Positions 1 to 10,526 of a stretch of 64,000 nt of DNA are shown here, one piece after another. The position numbers were made by a program, and so were the translations under genes. The stretch is taken from contig ONQZ01000004.1 of assembly GCA_900320095.1 (NCBI GenBank), positions 4,227 through 68,226 of the forward strand, in the 5' to 3' direction. The notes under the pieces are model-generated. The model was not told the DNA's origin. It was given only the letters and a program-made list of their open reading frames with translations, and searched no databases. How positions within the stretch are numbered: position 1 is the first letter of the stretch; each line of letters begins with the position of its first letter. The stretch is from an uncultured Lentisphaerota bacterium (lineage in GTDB: Bacteria; Verrucomicrobiota; Lentisphaeria; Victivallales; UBA1829).

Positions 1-49
1 TCTCCCGTTGTTCTCTGTTTTGTTCTGTTTCTCTTGTTCCGTCAGGATG

Positions 50-382
50 TTACAGTCCCGACACCTCGGCCTCGTCGCTGCGTTCCGCCTTCACGGCGAA
101 CCGCTGGTATTTTCCTTTTTCCGCGGTCAGAACCGCCGACGTGATGAGAAATGTCTTTTCCTGATACGTCAGCGTCTCCCCGGCCTCCGGGACGTTGCCG
201 CCCTCCACGAGGCCGTCGAATTCAAGCTCCGTGCGGCGGCTGGTCGCGGCGAGCTTGTCCTTCCTGCCGTCCTCCCCGTGTACCGACACGGTCCCGGTCA
301 GCGTCGAACGCACGCGGATGTTCCGCATGGCGATGTCGAAACCGCCTCCGTCCCACCCGGAAATCAACCCCGTTGCGCGCAT
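50..382 (-). CDS. Phage neck/head-tail protein candidate (unknown family)
   Basis: 110-aa ORF starting 1 nt after the stop of the gp36-like gene, in the same operon-like array as the capsid genes. No motif recognised. Confidence 0.5.
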   Translation of the reverse strand: MRATGLISGWDGGGFDIAMRNIRVRSTLTGTVSVHGEDGRKDKLAATSRRTELEFDGLVEGGNVPEAGETLTYQEKTFLITSAVLTAEKGKYQRFAVKAERSDEAEVSGL

Positions 383-383
383 C

Positions 384-803
384 TCAGTAGCCCCTCATGG
401 TTTCACGGGAGAAAACCGGCTCGTCGCAGGCGACCGTGGCAAATCCCTGGCCGCGCACGGATTCCGCCGCACCGGGCAGGACCAGTTCGCCGGACGCGGT
501 CTTCTCCAGCGATCCGCGCACATGGGCGACACGCATTTTGAGTTTGTCGGGCAGCGAATCGCCCGCACAGCGCACCCGGGCGCGCTCCTCGCACAGGGTC
601 AGATTCCAGTCGCGGAGCAGCGCTTCGGCGCGTTCGGATGCGACCGGCGTTTCGTAGCGGCATCCGGCGGACGCGTCGATTTCCGCGGCGGCCGCGTCCA
701 GGTCGGCCTGCGCCGCACCCGTGCCGGCCTCGTCGTTTCCGTACAGGCCCGCGTAATCCTGGCCGAGGCGCACTTTCAGTTCATTGATCGTGGCGTATGC
801 CAT
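384..803 (-). CDS. Mu gp36-like head-tail connector protein (DUF1320 type)
   Basis: 139 aa. The N-terminus MAYATINELKVRLG... and its size and position right after the major capsid gene are typical of DUF1320/Mu gp36 proteins. Confidence 0.65.
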   Translation of the reverse strand: MAYATINELKVRLGQDYAGLYGNDEAGTGAAQADLDAAAAEIDASAGCRYETPVASERAEALLRDWNLTLCEERARVRCAGDSLPDKLKMRVAHVRGSLEKTASGELVLPGAAESVRGQGFATVACDEPVFSRETMRGY

Positions 804-1031
804 GAGACGATCCTTTCATTCTGTTGTTGTTTGAGCTGCAAAAAGAAAAAACGGCTGTCCCCGGCGAGGGGGGAGGGCGGAGAATCCGTACGGCGGATAT
901 CCTGTTTGACGGCAATCAAAAGAGAATCCGCCTCCGCGCCAAGGAGATAGAGTTTCACGGCGGATTCCCCGTGCCCAGCTCCCCCCTCATCCGTCAGCCG
1001 CTTATTCCGTGTTCGGTCATTCCGCGTCCGG

Positions 1032-1940
1032 TCAGCCTGCGGCGGTGCCGCCGCGTCCCAGCAGATGCGGGAAGAGCGCAGCCGCGTTGCCGTAAGCCTC
1101 GGCGCCGAAGAGGATTCTGCCGTCCATGAAGACGTTTTCGTCGTTCGGCTGGTTCAGGATCGTGAGCGAGGCTTCCTTGTTCTTCAGGACCAGGATCGGC
1201 TTCAGGACACCGGTGAAACGGCCCAGGAACCAGTAGTTGGCGTTCGTGCCGGTGAGGCGCGGGCTGACGACCAGTTTGACCTTGTCCTTATGCGGGTTGG
1301 CGAATTCCTGGTCGTTGGAGTCGCGGTACGTGTCGGAGTACAGGATCTCGCGGGCGGTGTCCTCCAGCGCGGGGCCGACGATCAGGTGCGTCGGACGCGT
1401 GTTGACGGGCTGGCCGTTGTGGCCGCGGAACGAGTACATCTGGGTGAAGAACGAGCCGAAGTTGGCGAACGTCAGGGCGTTGGTCGTGACGTTGTTGATC
1501 GTGCTCGGGCCGTACTTGCGGGAGCTGTTGTAGAAGCTGGCGCCGTCGATCCAGTTCGGCGGATTCACGAGCGCCTCGGTGAAGAGCGTATCCCACAGCT
1601 GTTCGCCCGCCTCGCCCATGGCGGCGACGAGCGTGCCGTAAATGCCCCAGTTGTCGCTTTCGACGTCGCGCACCGGGATCGCCACGGTGTCCTCCCAGGG
1701 ACGTTCCACGAGGCGAATCTTGTGCGTGGAGAGGTTCTTGATCTGGCGCGGGCCGAGCCATTCGCGCATCCCGGCGAAGGCGTCGAGGAACGGGATTTCC
1801 ATGGCTGTGTGCTTCGGATCGCCCTCGATGTCGGCGAGGTCGCGGTAGATCGTCTCCGCGCCTTCCACCGCCTGTTTGAACTTCAGATTGAAGCTGGTGC
1901 GCATCGCGGACAGCGTTTCATGATTGAGTTCCATATTCAT
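1032..1940 (-). CDS. Mu gpT-like major capsid protein
   Basis: 302 aa. Length and sequence pattern (MNMELNHETLSAMRTSFNLKFKQA..., C-terminal ...FGAEAYGNAA...) resemble the Mu-like prophage major head subunit. It sits after the protease/scaffold and decoration genes. Confidence 0.85.
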   Translation of the reverse strand: MNMELNHETLSAMRTSFNLKFKQAVEGAETIYRDLADIEGDPKHTAMEIPFLDAFAGMREWLGPRQIKNLSTHKIRLVERPWEDTVAIPVRDVESDNWGIYGTLVAAMGEAGEQLWDTLFTEALVNPPNWIDGASFYNSSRKYGPSTINNVTTNALTFANFGSFFTQMYSFRGHNGQPVNTRPTHLIVGPALEDTAREILYSDTYRDSNDQEFANPHKDKVKLVVSPRLTGTNANYWFLGRFTGVLKPILVLKNKEASLTILNQPNDENVFMDGRILFGAEAYGNAAALFPHLLGRGGTAAG

Positions 1941-1988
1941 TTTCCTTTTTCAGATTGTTTTTGTGTTGTTGAACTCGGATGATCCGGC

Positions 1989-2399
1989 TCAGAGCGGGCC
2001 GTTGCCGATTTCCGCCACCACGCCGTCCGCGAGCACGTCGCGCACGACGCCGGCGACCACCGCCGCCGTGCCGCCCGTCAGCGTGACGGTCTGGTCGTCC
2101 TTCACGTAGCAGGTCTTGTTCAGGTCGCTCAGCGCAAACGCGCCGCTGCTGACCGGGGCATAGAGGAACATGCCGGAACGGGTCTTGACGGTCTCGCCGC
2201 CGGACGCCGTGTTTTCGGCGCGGCCGACCACGGTGATGGCACCAGCGGACGTGGCGGGGATCGCTTTTCCGCTGGAGTTGATCGCGGTGATGCCACCCGC
2301 GTAGACGGTGCTGCCCGAGGCGACGGTGAATTCACGCGTGTAGTGAACGCCGCCGGCCGCGATTTCACGGGTGTCTCTGGATTCTGTGAGTGCTGACAT
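1989..2399 (-). CDS. DUF2190-like head decoration/cement protein
   Basis: 136-aa Gly/Ala/Thr-rich small protein between the scaffold/protease and the capsid gene, the usual position of DUF2190-type proteins. Confidence 0.6.
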   Translation of the reverse strand: MSALTESRDTREIAAGGVHYTREFTVASGSTVYAGGITAINSSGKAIPATSAGAITVVGRAENTASGGETVKTRSGMFLYAPVSSGAFALSDLNKTCYVKDDQTVTLTGGTAAVVAGVVRDVLADGVVAEIGNGPL

Positions 2400-2447
2400 G
2401 GTTCATGTCTCCTTCTGTGTTGTGATTGTTTTGCGCCGCTGGGCTTT

Positions 2448-3518
2448 TCAGCCGTGCATGGCGCGCTGGTATTCGTCTTTGTCAAATCCGAATTTCCGGA
2501 TCATTTCCTCGTCCGCCGCGCTCAGGCTCCGCTTCGGCGCGCGCCGTTTGTCCGGCGCGAACGCCATGCGGCCCGGCACCACGGCGGGCGCGTGCTCCAG
2601 GTAGGACGCCAGCACGGCGCAGTCCTGGGTCCTCGCCCAGTCTTCCAGCGCGTGCGTCAGCTTCCCCTCCTGAAGCCCCTGTTCGATCAGCTCCGCCTTG
2701 CGTTTTTCCTCGGCGGCGCAGACCATCGTGTCGAGCTCCTGCCGCAGGGCGGCCGCCTGCCCGGCGCGTTCCTTCACGGCATCCAGCGCCGCGGACATCG
2801 CATCGTCGGGTTCGCCGTCCGCGATGCCGAGTCCTTCGCGCATGGCGGCGATCGTGTCCGCTTTCGCCTCGATCGCGGCCGCCGTACGCTCGATCGCGCC
2901 TTCTTCGTCGTCCTCGCCGGACAGCACGATCTCGTTCCACGCCGTCTTCCCGAGCAGACGCCCGAGGGCGCGTTCGATCGGGTCCTGAAGGCGTTTCAGT
3001 TCGATGGCGTTCCGTCCGATGTCCTCCGGGTCGGCGTCGTCTCCCTCGCCGCCCGCCGCCAGGACGTCCTCGCAGTTCAGCGCGGGCTCGTTTTCCATCG
3101 CCACGCTCGTGATGCGGATCGGGCCTTCCTTCAGGCCGCGGATCACCGGCGAACAGTACCGGAAAATCTTCTCCTTCAGGAGCTCGTACGCGCCCGGCGT
3201 CCATTCCGCCCGGATGCGAAGCTCGTCGCCCTCGCGGAACAGCGTCCCGAATCCCATCGCGGCAACGCCCGACGGGATCAGCCGCAGCGCTTCGCTTTCC
3301 TCCACGCCGTGCTTTTCCGCCAGAATGTGGAGGTAATGGTTGGAGTCGATCGGGATCGCCTCGCCTTTCTTCGCCTGGTACGCCGCGATAGCGTCCAGGT
3401 CCTCCACGCTCAATCGCAGTTCATAGTCCTTTCCGTTTTTCACGAGCCGGTTCACGCCCGCATGCAGCAGAGTCCATTCCTCCGGGACTCCGTTCGCGTC
3501 CTGTTTTACAGTGCTCAT
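2448..3518 (-). CDS. Mu gpI-like prohead protease/scaffold protein
   Basis: 356 aa. N-terminal region as in the Mu I protease family (..WTLLHAGVN...IPIDSNHY..). C-terminal half is Ala/Glu/Arg-rich and coiled-coil-like, as for a scaffold. Confidence 0.75.
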   Translation of the reverse strand: MSTVKQDANGVPEEWTLLHAGVNRLVKNGKDYELRLSVEDLDAIAAYQAKKGEAIPIDSNHYLHILAEKHGVEESEALRLIPSGVAAMGFGTLFREGDELRIRAEWTPGAYELLKEKIFRYCSPVIRGLKEGPIRITSVAMENEPALNCEDVLAAGGEGDDADPEDIGRNAIELKRLQDPIERALGRLLGKTAWNEIVLSGEDDEEGAIERTAAAIEAKADTIAAMREGLGIADGEPDDAMSAALDAVKERAGQAAALRQELDTMVCAAEEKRKAELIEQGLQEGKLTHALEDWARTQDCAVLASYLEHAPAVVPGRMAFAPDKRRAPKRSLSAADEEMIRKFGFDKDEYQRAMHG

Positions 3519-3577
3519 TTCCTGCTCCTATGTTTGTTTTGTCTTGTCCCCAATGGGGTAGTAAAAATCCGTTTTCC

Positions 3578-3712
3578 GTGCCGTAGCGGAGCACGGCACA
3601 ACTGTAGTGGAGGACTTGTCCTCCGTGCCGTAGCGGAGCACGGCACTACTCGACACACTCTGTGTGTGCCCGAGCGGAGCCGGGCACAACTGTAGTGGAG
3701 GACTTGTCCTCC
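3578..3712 (+). repeat. Double-hairpin (REP/BIME-like) repeat array, locus 1
   Basis: GTGCCGTAGCGGAGCACGGCAC at 3578-3599 and 3625-3646, and GTGCCCGAGCGGAGCCGGGCAC at 3666-3687. Each of two units is followed by linker aactgtagt and palindrome GGAGGACTTGTCCTCC (3609-3624, 3697-3712). Extra ACACAC-TCT-GTGTGT hairpin at 3653-3667. Confidence 0.9.
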
Positions 3713-5100
3713 TACCAGCCGAAAATTCGGTCTTCCATGCGCCGCTGATGAGGCGGCGGCAGAGGATCGACTCCGCACGGCGCCTCGTTCCCCCTGCCTG
3801 CCGCATGGACCGCCAGCGCGAGCGCCCAGAACCGGTCCGAATGTCCGGATTCGTCGCGTTCGGCGTCGTAGCGCACGTTTCCGGCGGCGGTCACGCTCCG
3901 CACGATCTTGTGCAGGTCGTGCCGCAGCACGTCGTCGGCGACGATCCGGATGCCGCGCGATTCGAACGCCGCCCGGACCGGCATGGCAAGCGCGGCCTTC
4001 ACAGGCCCCGTAAACGTCACGCTCTCCACGCGGTATTTCCCGTGGCGTTCCTGCATCTCCTCCGCCAGCATCATCCCGATCCCGGTCGCGTCGATGCAGA
4101 GGCGTTCCAGCCGGGCGTCGTCGAGGCGGCGCGCCAGGGCGTCGGCCTGCATGCGGAACGGCATGTTTTCCATGACTTCGTATCCGCTCTGCCACAGGAT
4201 GTCCCCGATGCGCGTCAGCTCGAAATACACCCCGACGTCCCTCTTCCGCCCCACGTCGTATCCGGCGTACCGGATCGCCTTCGGATGTTCGCTCAACGCT
4301 TTCTCAAGATCGCCCGCGTCGTTTTCGCACGCGCCGATCATGCCGTAGTCCAGCAGCGACGCGCCCGCCTCCGCCGCTTCGATCAGATACTGCGTCCGCC
4401 AGGCGTCTTCCGTGCGGCATTTCGCACGCATCGTCTTCAGCCACTCTTCGCGGCTCAATTCGCTCCCGGTTACGGCGTTGACGCGTTCCACAAATCCCTC
4501 TTCCACGGCATCCAATATGCTCGTTTTGTGGACGCTCCATCCCATCGCGTTCGCACCGTGTTCCGCCTCGTGAAGCATCCGGCAGAACGGCGATTCGCCG
4601 CTTCCGTCCACGCTCAGCGCGGACACCATTTCCAGCTGGCCGCCCCATGTGGTGCAGGGCATCGCCATGTCGATCACGCGTCCGCTGTCCTTGTGCAGGT
4701 CCGCCTCGTCGATCAGGATGTCCCCGCCCTTCCCGGCGAACGCCTCGGGCGTGCTGGACAGGCTGATGACGCGGCTGCCGTTGCCGTATTCCGCCGTGTA
4801 GGCGCGGATCCCGTGCAGGGGGTCGATGACCACGGCATCCTCCCCGGCGAGTCCGCGGCAGACCGCGTTGGCCGCCGCCGCCCATTTCGCGATGTAGTCC
4901 GTGATGAACTCGCGGGCGGTGAATTCGTCGCGGCTGGTCACCCACTGCACCGTCCCCGGCCGCCGCAGGCACTTGTCGTTCACGCGGAAGCTCGTGGCGT
5001 ACGTGATGCCGATCCGGCGCGATTTCGCGTACAGCTTCATTCGCGCGTCGTCCAGGATCCACCGTTTCTGGTACGGCAGAAAGTATTCCGACAGCTTCAT
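3712..5100 (-). CDS. Phage terminase large subunit
   Basis: 462 aa. ATPase part has a Walker-B-like DILIDEADLH. C-terminal RNaseH-like nuclease part has GYDVGRKRD, IDATGIG and HSDRFWALALA. Located at the head of the capsid module. Confidence 0.85.
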   Translation of the reverse strand: MKLSEYFLPYQKRWILDDARMKLYAKSRRIGITYATSFRVNDKCLRRPGTVQWVTSRDEFTAREFITDYIAKWAAAANAVCRGLAGEDAVVIDPLHGIRAYTAEYGNGSRVISLSSTPEAFAGKGGDILIDEADLHKDSGRVIDMAMPCTTWGGQLEMVSALSVDGSGESPFCRMLHEAEHGANAMGWSVHKTSILDAVEEGFVERVNAVTGSELSREEWLKTMRAKCRTEDAWRTQYLIEAAEAGASLLDYGMIGACENDAGDLEKALSEHPKAIRYAGYDVGRKRDVGVYFELTRIGDILWQSGYEVMENMPFRMQADALARRLDDARLERLCIDATGIGMMLAEEMQERHGKYRVESVTFTGPVKAALAMPVRAAFESRGIRIVADDVLRHDLHKIVRSVTAAGNVRYDAERDESGHSDRFWALALAVHAAGRGNEAPCGVDPLPPPHQRRMEDRIFGW

Positions 5101-5146
5101 CGTCCTGTCGTCTCCGTTTATAGTTTATTTTCGATTGATCGTCAAA

Positions 5147-5374
5147 TCAGAGTCCGTGCGGACGCCGGGGAGTTATCCCACCTTCATTTCCGCGCGGTTT
5201 CGCATCTTTCTTATCCCTTTTTCGAGACTTTCTTCCGGATCTTCCCTGCCGCGGGAAATCATGCTTCCGATCCCGGCGGCGCCGCACGGACTCTTCAACA
5301 GAGGGTCGTTTTGCGCACTTTCGGACGAAACAAACATGCAAACATCTGCTGTTTCTATCGGTTAAATGTGACAT
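5147..5374 (-). CDS. Small highly basic protein (possible DNA-binding/small-terminase-like partner)
   Basis: 75-aa ORF with a GGAGGA Shine-Dalgarno 8 nt upstream of the ATG and an Arg/Lys-rich C-terminus, directly upstream of TerL. No family recognised. Confidence 0.35.
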   Translation of the reverse strand: MSHLTDRNSRCLHVCFVRKCAKRPSVEESVRRRRDRKHDFPRQGRSGRKSRKRDKKDAKPRGNEGGITPRRPHGL

Positions 5375-5425
5375 GTTTTTTGTTCCTCCGGTTCCGGTTT
5401 CGTGCCGCCGACATTGCTTTCCGCC

Positions 5426-5454
5426 TTGAAAAACGGCGCGTTTGGAGGTATATT
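5426..5454 (+). promoter_or_regulatory. Sigma70-type promoter upstream of transporter gene
   Basis: TTGAAA (5426-5431), 17-nt spacer, TATATT (5449-5454). Confidence 0.55.
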
Positions 5455-5505
5455 ATTTCTTTCCTTTCGCGCCCGCGACCTACTTTTATTTTCAGGTTTC
5501 ACCTT

Positions 5506-6462
5506 ATGTGGAAAGCTCTCAGACAGCCTGCCAAAATCATCATCCCGCTCTTCATCGGACTCTGTTTCCCCTGGATGTCACGCGCATCCTTCATGGTCCG
5601 CTGGCTGCTCGTCGTCATGCTCTTGAACGCCTGTCTCGGCATCAAGTTCAGCGGCTTGAAAGTGCGTCTGTACCACTGGTATCTGCTCGCCGCCAACCTC
5701 GCGATCGGCGTGCTGGCGTGGCTTCTTGCCTGCTGGGTCTGCGGCGGCAATACCGAGGTCGCGAAAGCCGTCTTCTTCACAGCGATCTCCCCCACCGCCA
5801 CCGCCGCGCCCGTCGTGATCGCGTTCCTGGGCGGAAACGTCGCCACTGTCCTGATGGGCTTCCTGATCAGCGACCTCGGCATCTCGCTCTTCCTGATCGG
5901 ACTGCTCCCGCTCGTCACGGGCCAGCTGAGATGGGAGTTCGTCAACGAGGTCTTCCTGAACATCGCGTTCGTGATGGCGCTCCCCGTCTTCCTCTCGCGC
6001 GTCCTGCTCCATTTCTGGCCGTGGCTCGCCGACTTCGCAAAGTTCAAGATCGCGCCGCACGCCCTCTGGGCCTGGTCGATCATGCTCCTCATCCTCGGCG
6101 GCATGGCGCGCAAGACGTTTGACGAGCAGGAGGTCAGCGCCCTCACCATTCTCCTCCAGATCGGCTGCGCCACGCTCGCCGTCTGCGTCCTGAACTTCTT
6201 CACCGGGTGGCTGCTCGGACCGCGCCGCTGCAAGCTCGAATCCAGCCAGCTCCTCGGACAGAAAAATACCTCTTTCACGATCTATCTGGCGATCACGTTC
6301 GCCTCGCCCGTCGCCGCCCTCGGTCCGCTGTTCTACATCCTCTGGCACAACAGCTGGAACGCCATTCAGATGTTCCAGTTCGAGAAGCGCAGACAGCGCA
6401 AGGCGGCGCGCTTCATCTCTTCCTCGCACCCGGAAGCCGGGGCGGAACACATCACTTCCTGA
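5506..6462 (+). CDS. Polytopic membrane transporter, BASS (bile acid:Na+ symporter)-like
   Basis: 318 aa with about 9-10 hydrophobic segments. The motif [20 protein letters not shown] resembles the P-x-A-x-x-x-V...G-[DN]-VA signature of SBF/BASS-fold carriers. The first ~610 codons of track ORF 3664..6462 are read-through antisense. Confidence 0.6.
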   Translation: MWKALRQPAKIIIPLFIGLCFPWMSRASFMVRWLLVVMLLNACLGIKFSGLKVRLYHWYLLAANLAIGVLAWLLACWVCGGNTEVAKAVFFTAISPTATAAPVVIAFLGGNVATVLMGFLISDLGISLFLIGLLPLVTGQLRWEFVNEVFLNIAFVMALPVFLSRVLLHFWPWLADFAKFKIAPHALWAWSIMLLILGGMARKTFDEQEVSALTILLQIGCATLAVCVLNFFTGWLLGPRRCKLESSQLLGQKNTSFTIYLAITFASPVAALGPLFYILWHNSWNAIQMFQFEKRRQRKAARFISSSHPEAGAEHITS

Positions 6463-6485
6463 ACTCACACGAAACGGACGTCATC

Positions 6486-9359
<2,874 letters not shown>

Positions 9360-9396
9360 AAAGGAGATCCGCCATGAAAAAAGAAACCCCGGATTC

Positions 9397-9567
9397 GTGA
9401 GAGAACTGCCGATTACGATCCTGTTCCTCATATTGGTTTTTGGCGTTGTCTTTTACCCCCTTTACAGCAGATGGTGGAATCTCAGGAAGGCGAAAGAAAA
9501 ACAGGCAGAAGAGACGCAGGAAATGACGGTTTCCGCAGAGGAAACAACCGAAGGCGTTTCCGAATAA
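9397..9567 (+). CDS. Small single-pass membrane protein (hypothetical)
   Basis: 56-aa GTG-initiated ORF (VRELPITILFLILVFGVVFYPLYSRWWNLRKAKEK...), too short for the ORF track. Its start overlaps (GTGA) the stop of an 8-codon mini-ORF (9374-9400) that has an AAGGAGA RBS. Confidence 0.3.
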   Translation: MRELPITILFLILVFGVVFYPLYSRWWNLRKAKEKQAEETQEMTVSAEETTEGVSE

Positions 9568-9621
9568 GAAATCGGATCCGCATTCTTCTCTGTATACAGG
9601 CGTAATTTTCGCGCGCGGGGG

Positions 9622-9649
9622 TTGCATTTCCGCTGAAAAAGGTTATAGT
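9622..9649 (+). promoter_or_regulatory. Sigma70-type promoter upstream of MBL hydrolase/kinase pair
   Basis: TTGCAT (9622-9627), 16-nt spacer, TATAGT (9644-9649). Confidence 0.5.
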
Positions 9650-9684
9650 ATTTCAGAATCATTTATTTCTTCTGAACAACTCCC

Positions 9685-10518
9685 ATGAACCCGGCTCCGA
9701 TTTCATCCTCCTCAAATCCGCCATCCGGCAAATCCCGCGCGTTCGGCTGCACCATCCTCGGCAGCGGCAGCAAGGGAAACGCCTCGGTCATCCACGGACC
9801 GGAAGGCAATCTGCTGCTCGACGCCGGATTCTCCGCGAAGGAGCTGATGTGCCGCCTCGAACGCGTCAACGTCGATCCGTGTTCGCTCCGCGCGATCCTC
9901 ATCACGCACGACCACTCCGATCACACCAGCGCGTGCCGCATCGTCTCCGACCGCCTCGGCATCCCGGCCTATTTCATCCCGGAGACTTTCTGCGAGCTTT
10001 CGAAGTGCGCCAACAAGGTCCCGGCGCACAAGATCCTCATCACGCCCGGCTCTCCGCTCGACCTGTGCGGCATCCGCGTCGAACCCTTCTCCATTTCGCA
10101 CGACACGCCCGCGATCGCGTTCACGTTCACGGTCCACGCGCACAAGATCGGCTTCGCGACCGACCTCGGCTTCGTCTCCAACCTCGCGAAAGCCAAGCTC
10201 AGCGGCTGCGACCTGCTCGTGCTGGAGACCAACTACGATCCCGCGAAACTTCGCGCTTCGGCGCGCCCGCTCACGCTCAAACGCCGCATCGCCGGCAAAC
10301 AGGGCCACCTCGGCAATCCCGACGCCATGGAGGCGCTCGCCGAGCTCCTCTCCCCGAACACGCGCAATCTGGTCTTCGCGCACCTCAGCCAGGAGTGCAA
10401 CGACCCCGGATTGGTCGCCGAGCTCGCCGAATCCCGCCTCGCCGAACTCCGGCGGCAGGACGTCTCGTTCCGCATCGCCTCGCAGTTCGAACCGCTTGAA
10501 ACCTTCTGGCTGGAGTGA
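9685..10518 (+). CDS. MBL-fold metallo-hydrolase
   Basis: 277 aa. ILGSGSKGN..., the HxHxDH motif as ITHDHSDHTSA, and downstream His/Asp ligand positions. Confidence 0.85.
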   Translation: MNPAPISSSSNPPSGKSRAFGCTILGSGSKGNASVIHGPEGNLLLDAGFSAKELMCRLERVNVDPCSLRAILITHDHSDHTSACRIVSDRLGIPAYFIPETFCELSKCANKVPAHKILITPGSPLDLCGIRVEPFSISHDTPAIAFTFTVHAHKIGFATDLGFVSNLAKAKLSGCDLLVLETNYDPAKLRASARPLTLKRRIAGKQGHLGNPDAMEALAELLSPNTRNLVFAHLSQECNDPGLVAELAESRLAELRRQDVSFRIASQFEPLETFWLE

Positions 10519-10526
10519 ACACGACC

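Larger units (their letters stand above)
1..5374 (-). mobile_element. Mu-like prophage head-morphogenesis module (remnant or domesticated; runs off left edge)
   Basis: Co-oriented minus-strand genes: small basic protein, large terminase, gpI-like protease/scaffold, DUF2190-like protein, gpT-like major capsid, DUF1320/gp36-like connector. Host transporter and uvrA lie immediately to the right. Confidence 0.7.

Noticed and set aside
3519-3711. Hidden or fragmented portal gene between TerL and protease
   Set aside because: The gap is only 193 bp and is fully accounted for by hairpin repeat modules. The track ORFs here (e.g. 3528..3806) are translations of the repeats.
3664-6462. 932-aa plus-strand ORF
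   Set aside because: Only the last 318 codons (from ATG 5506) form a plausible membrane transporter preceded by a promoter. The first two-thirds is antisense to the terminase gene and crosses the repeat array.
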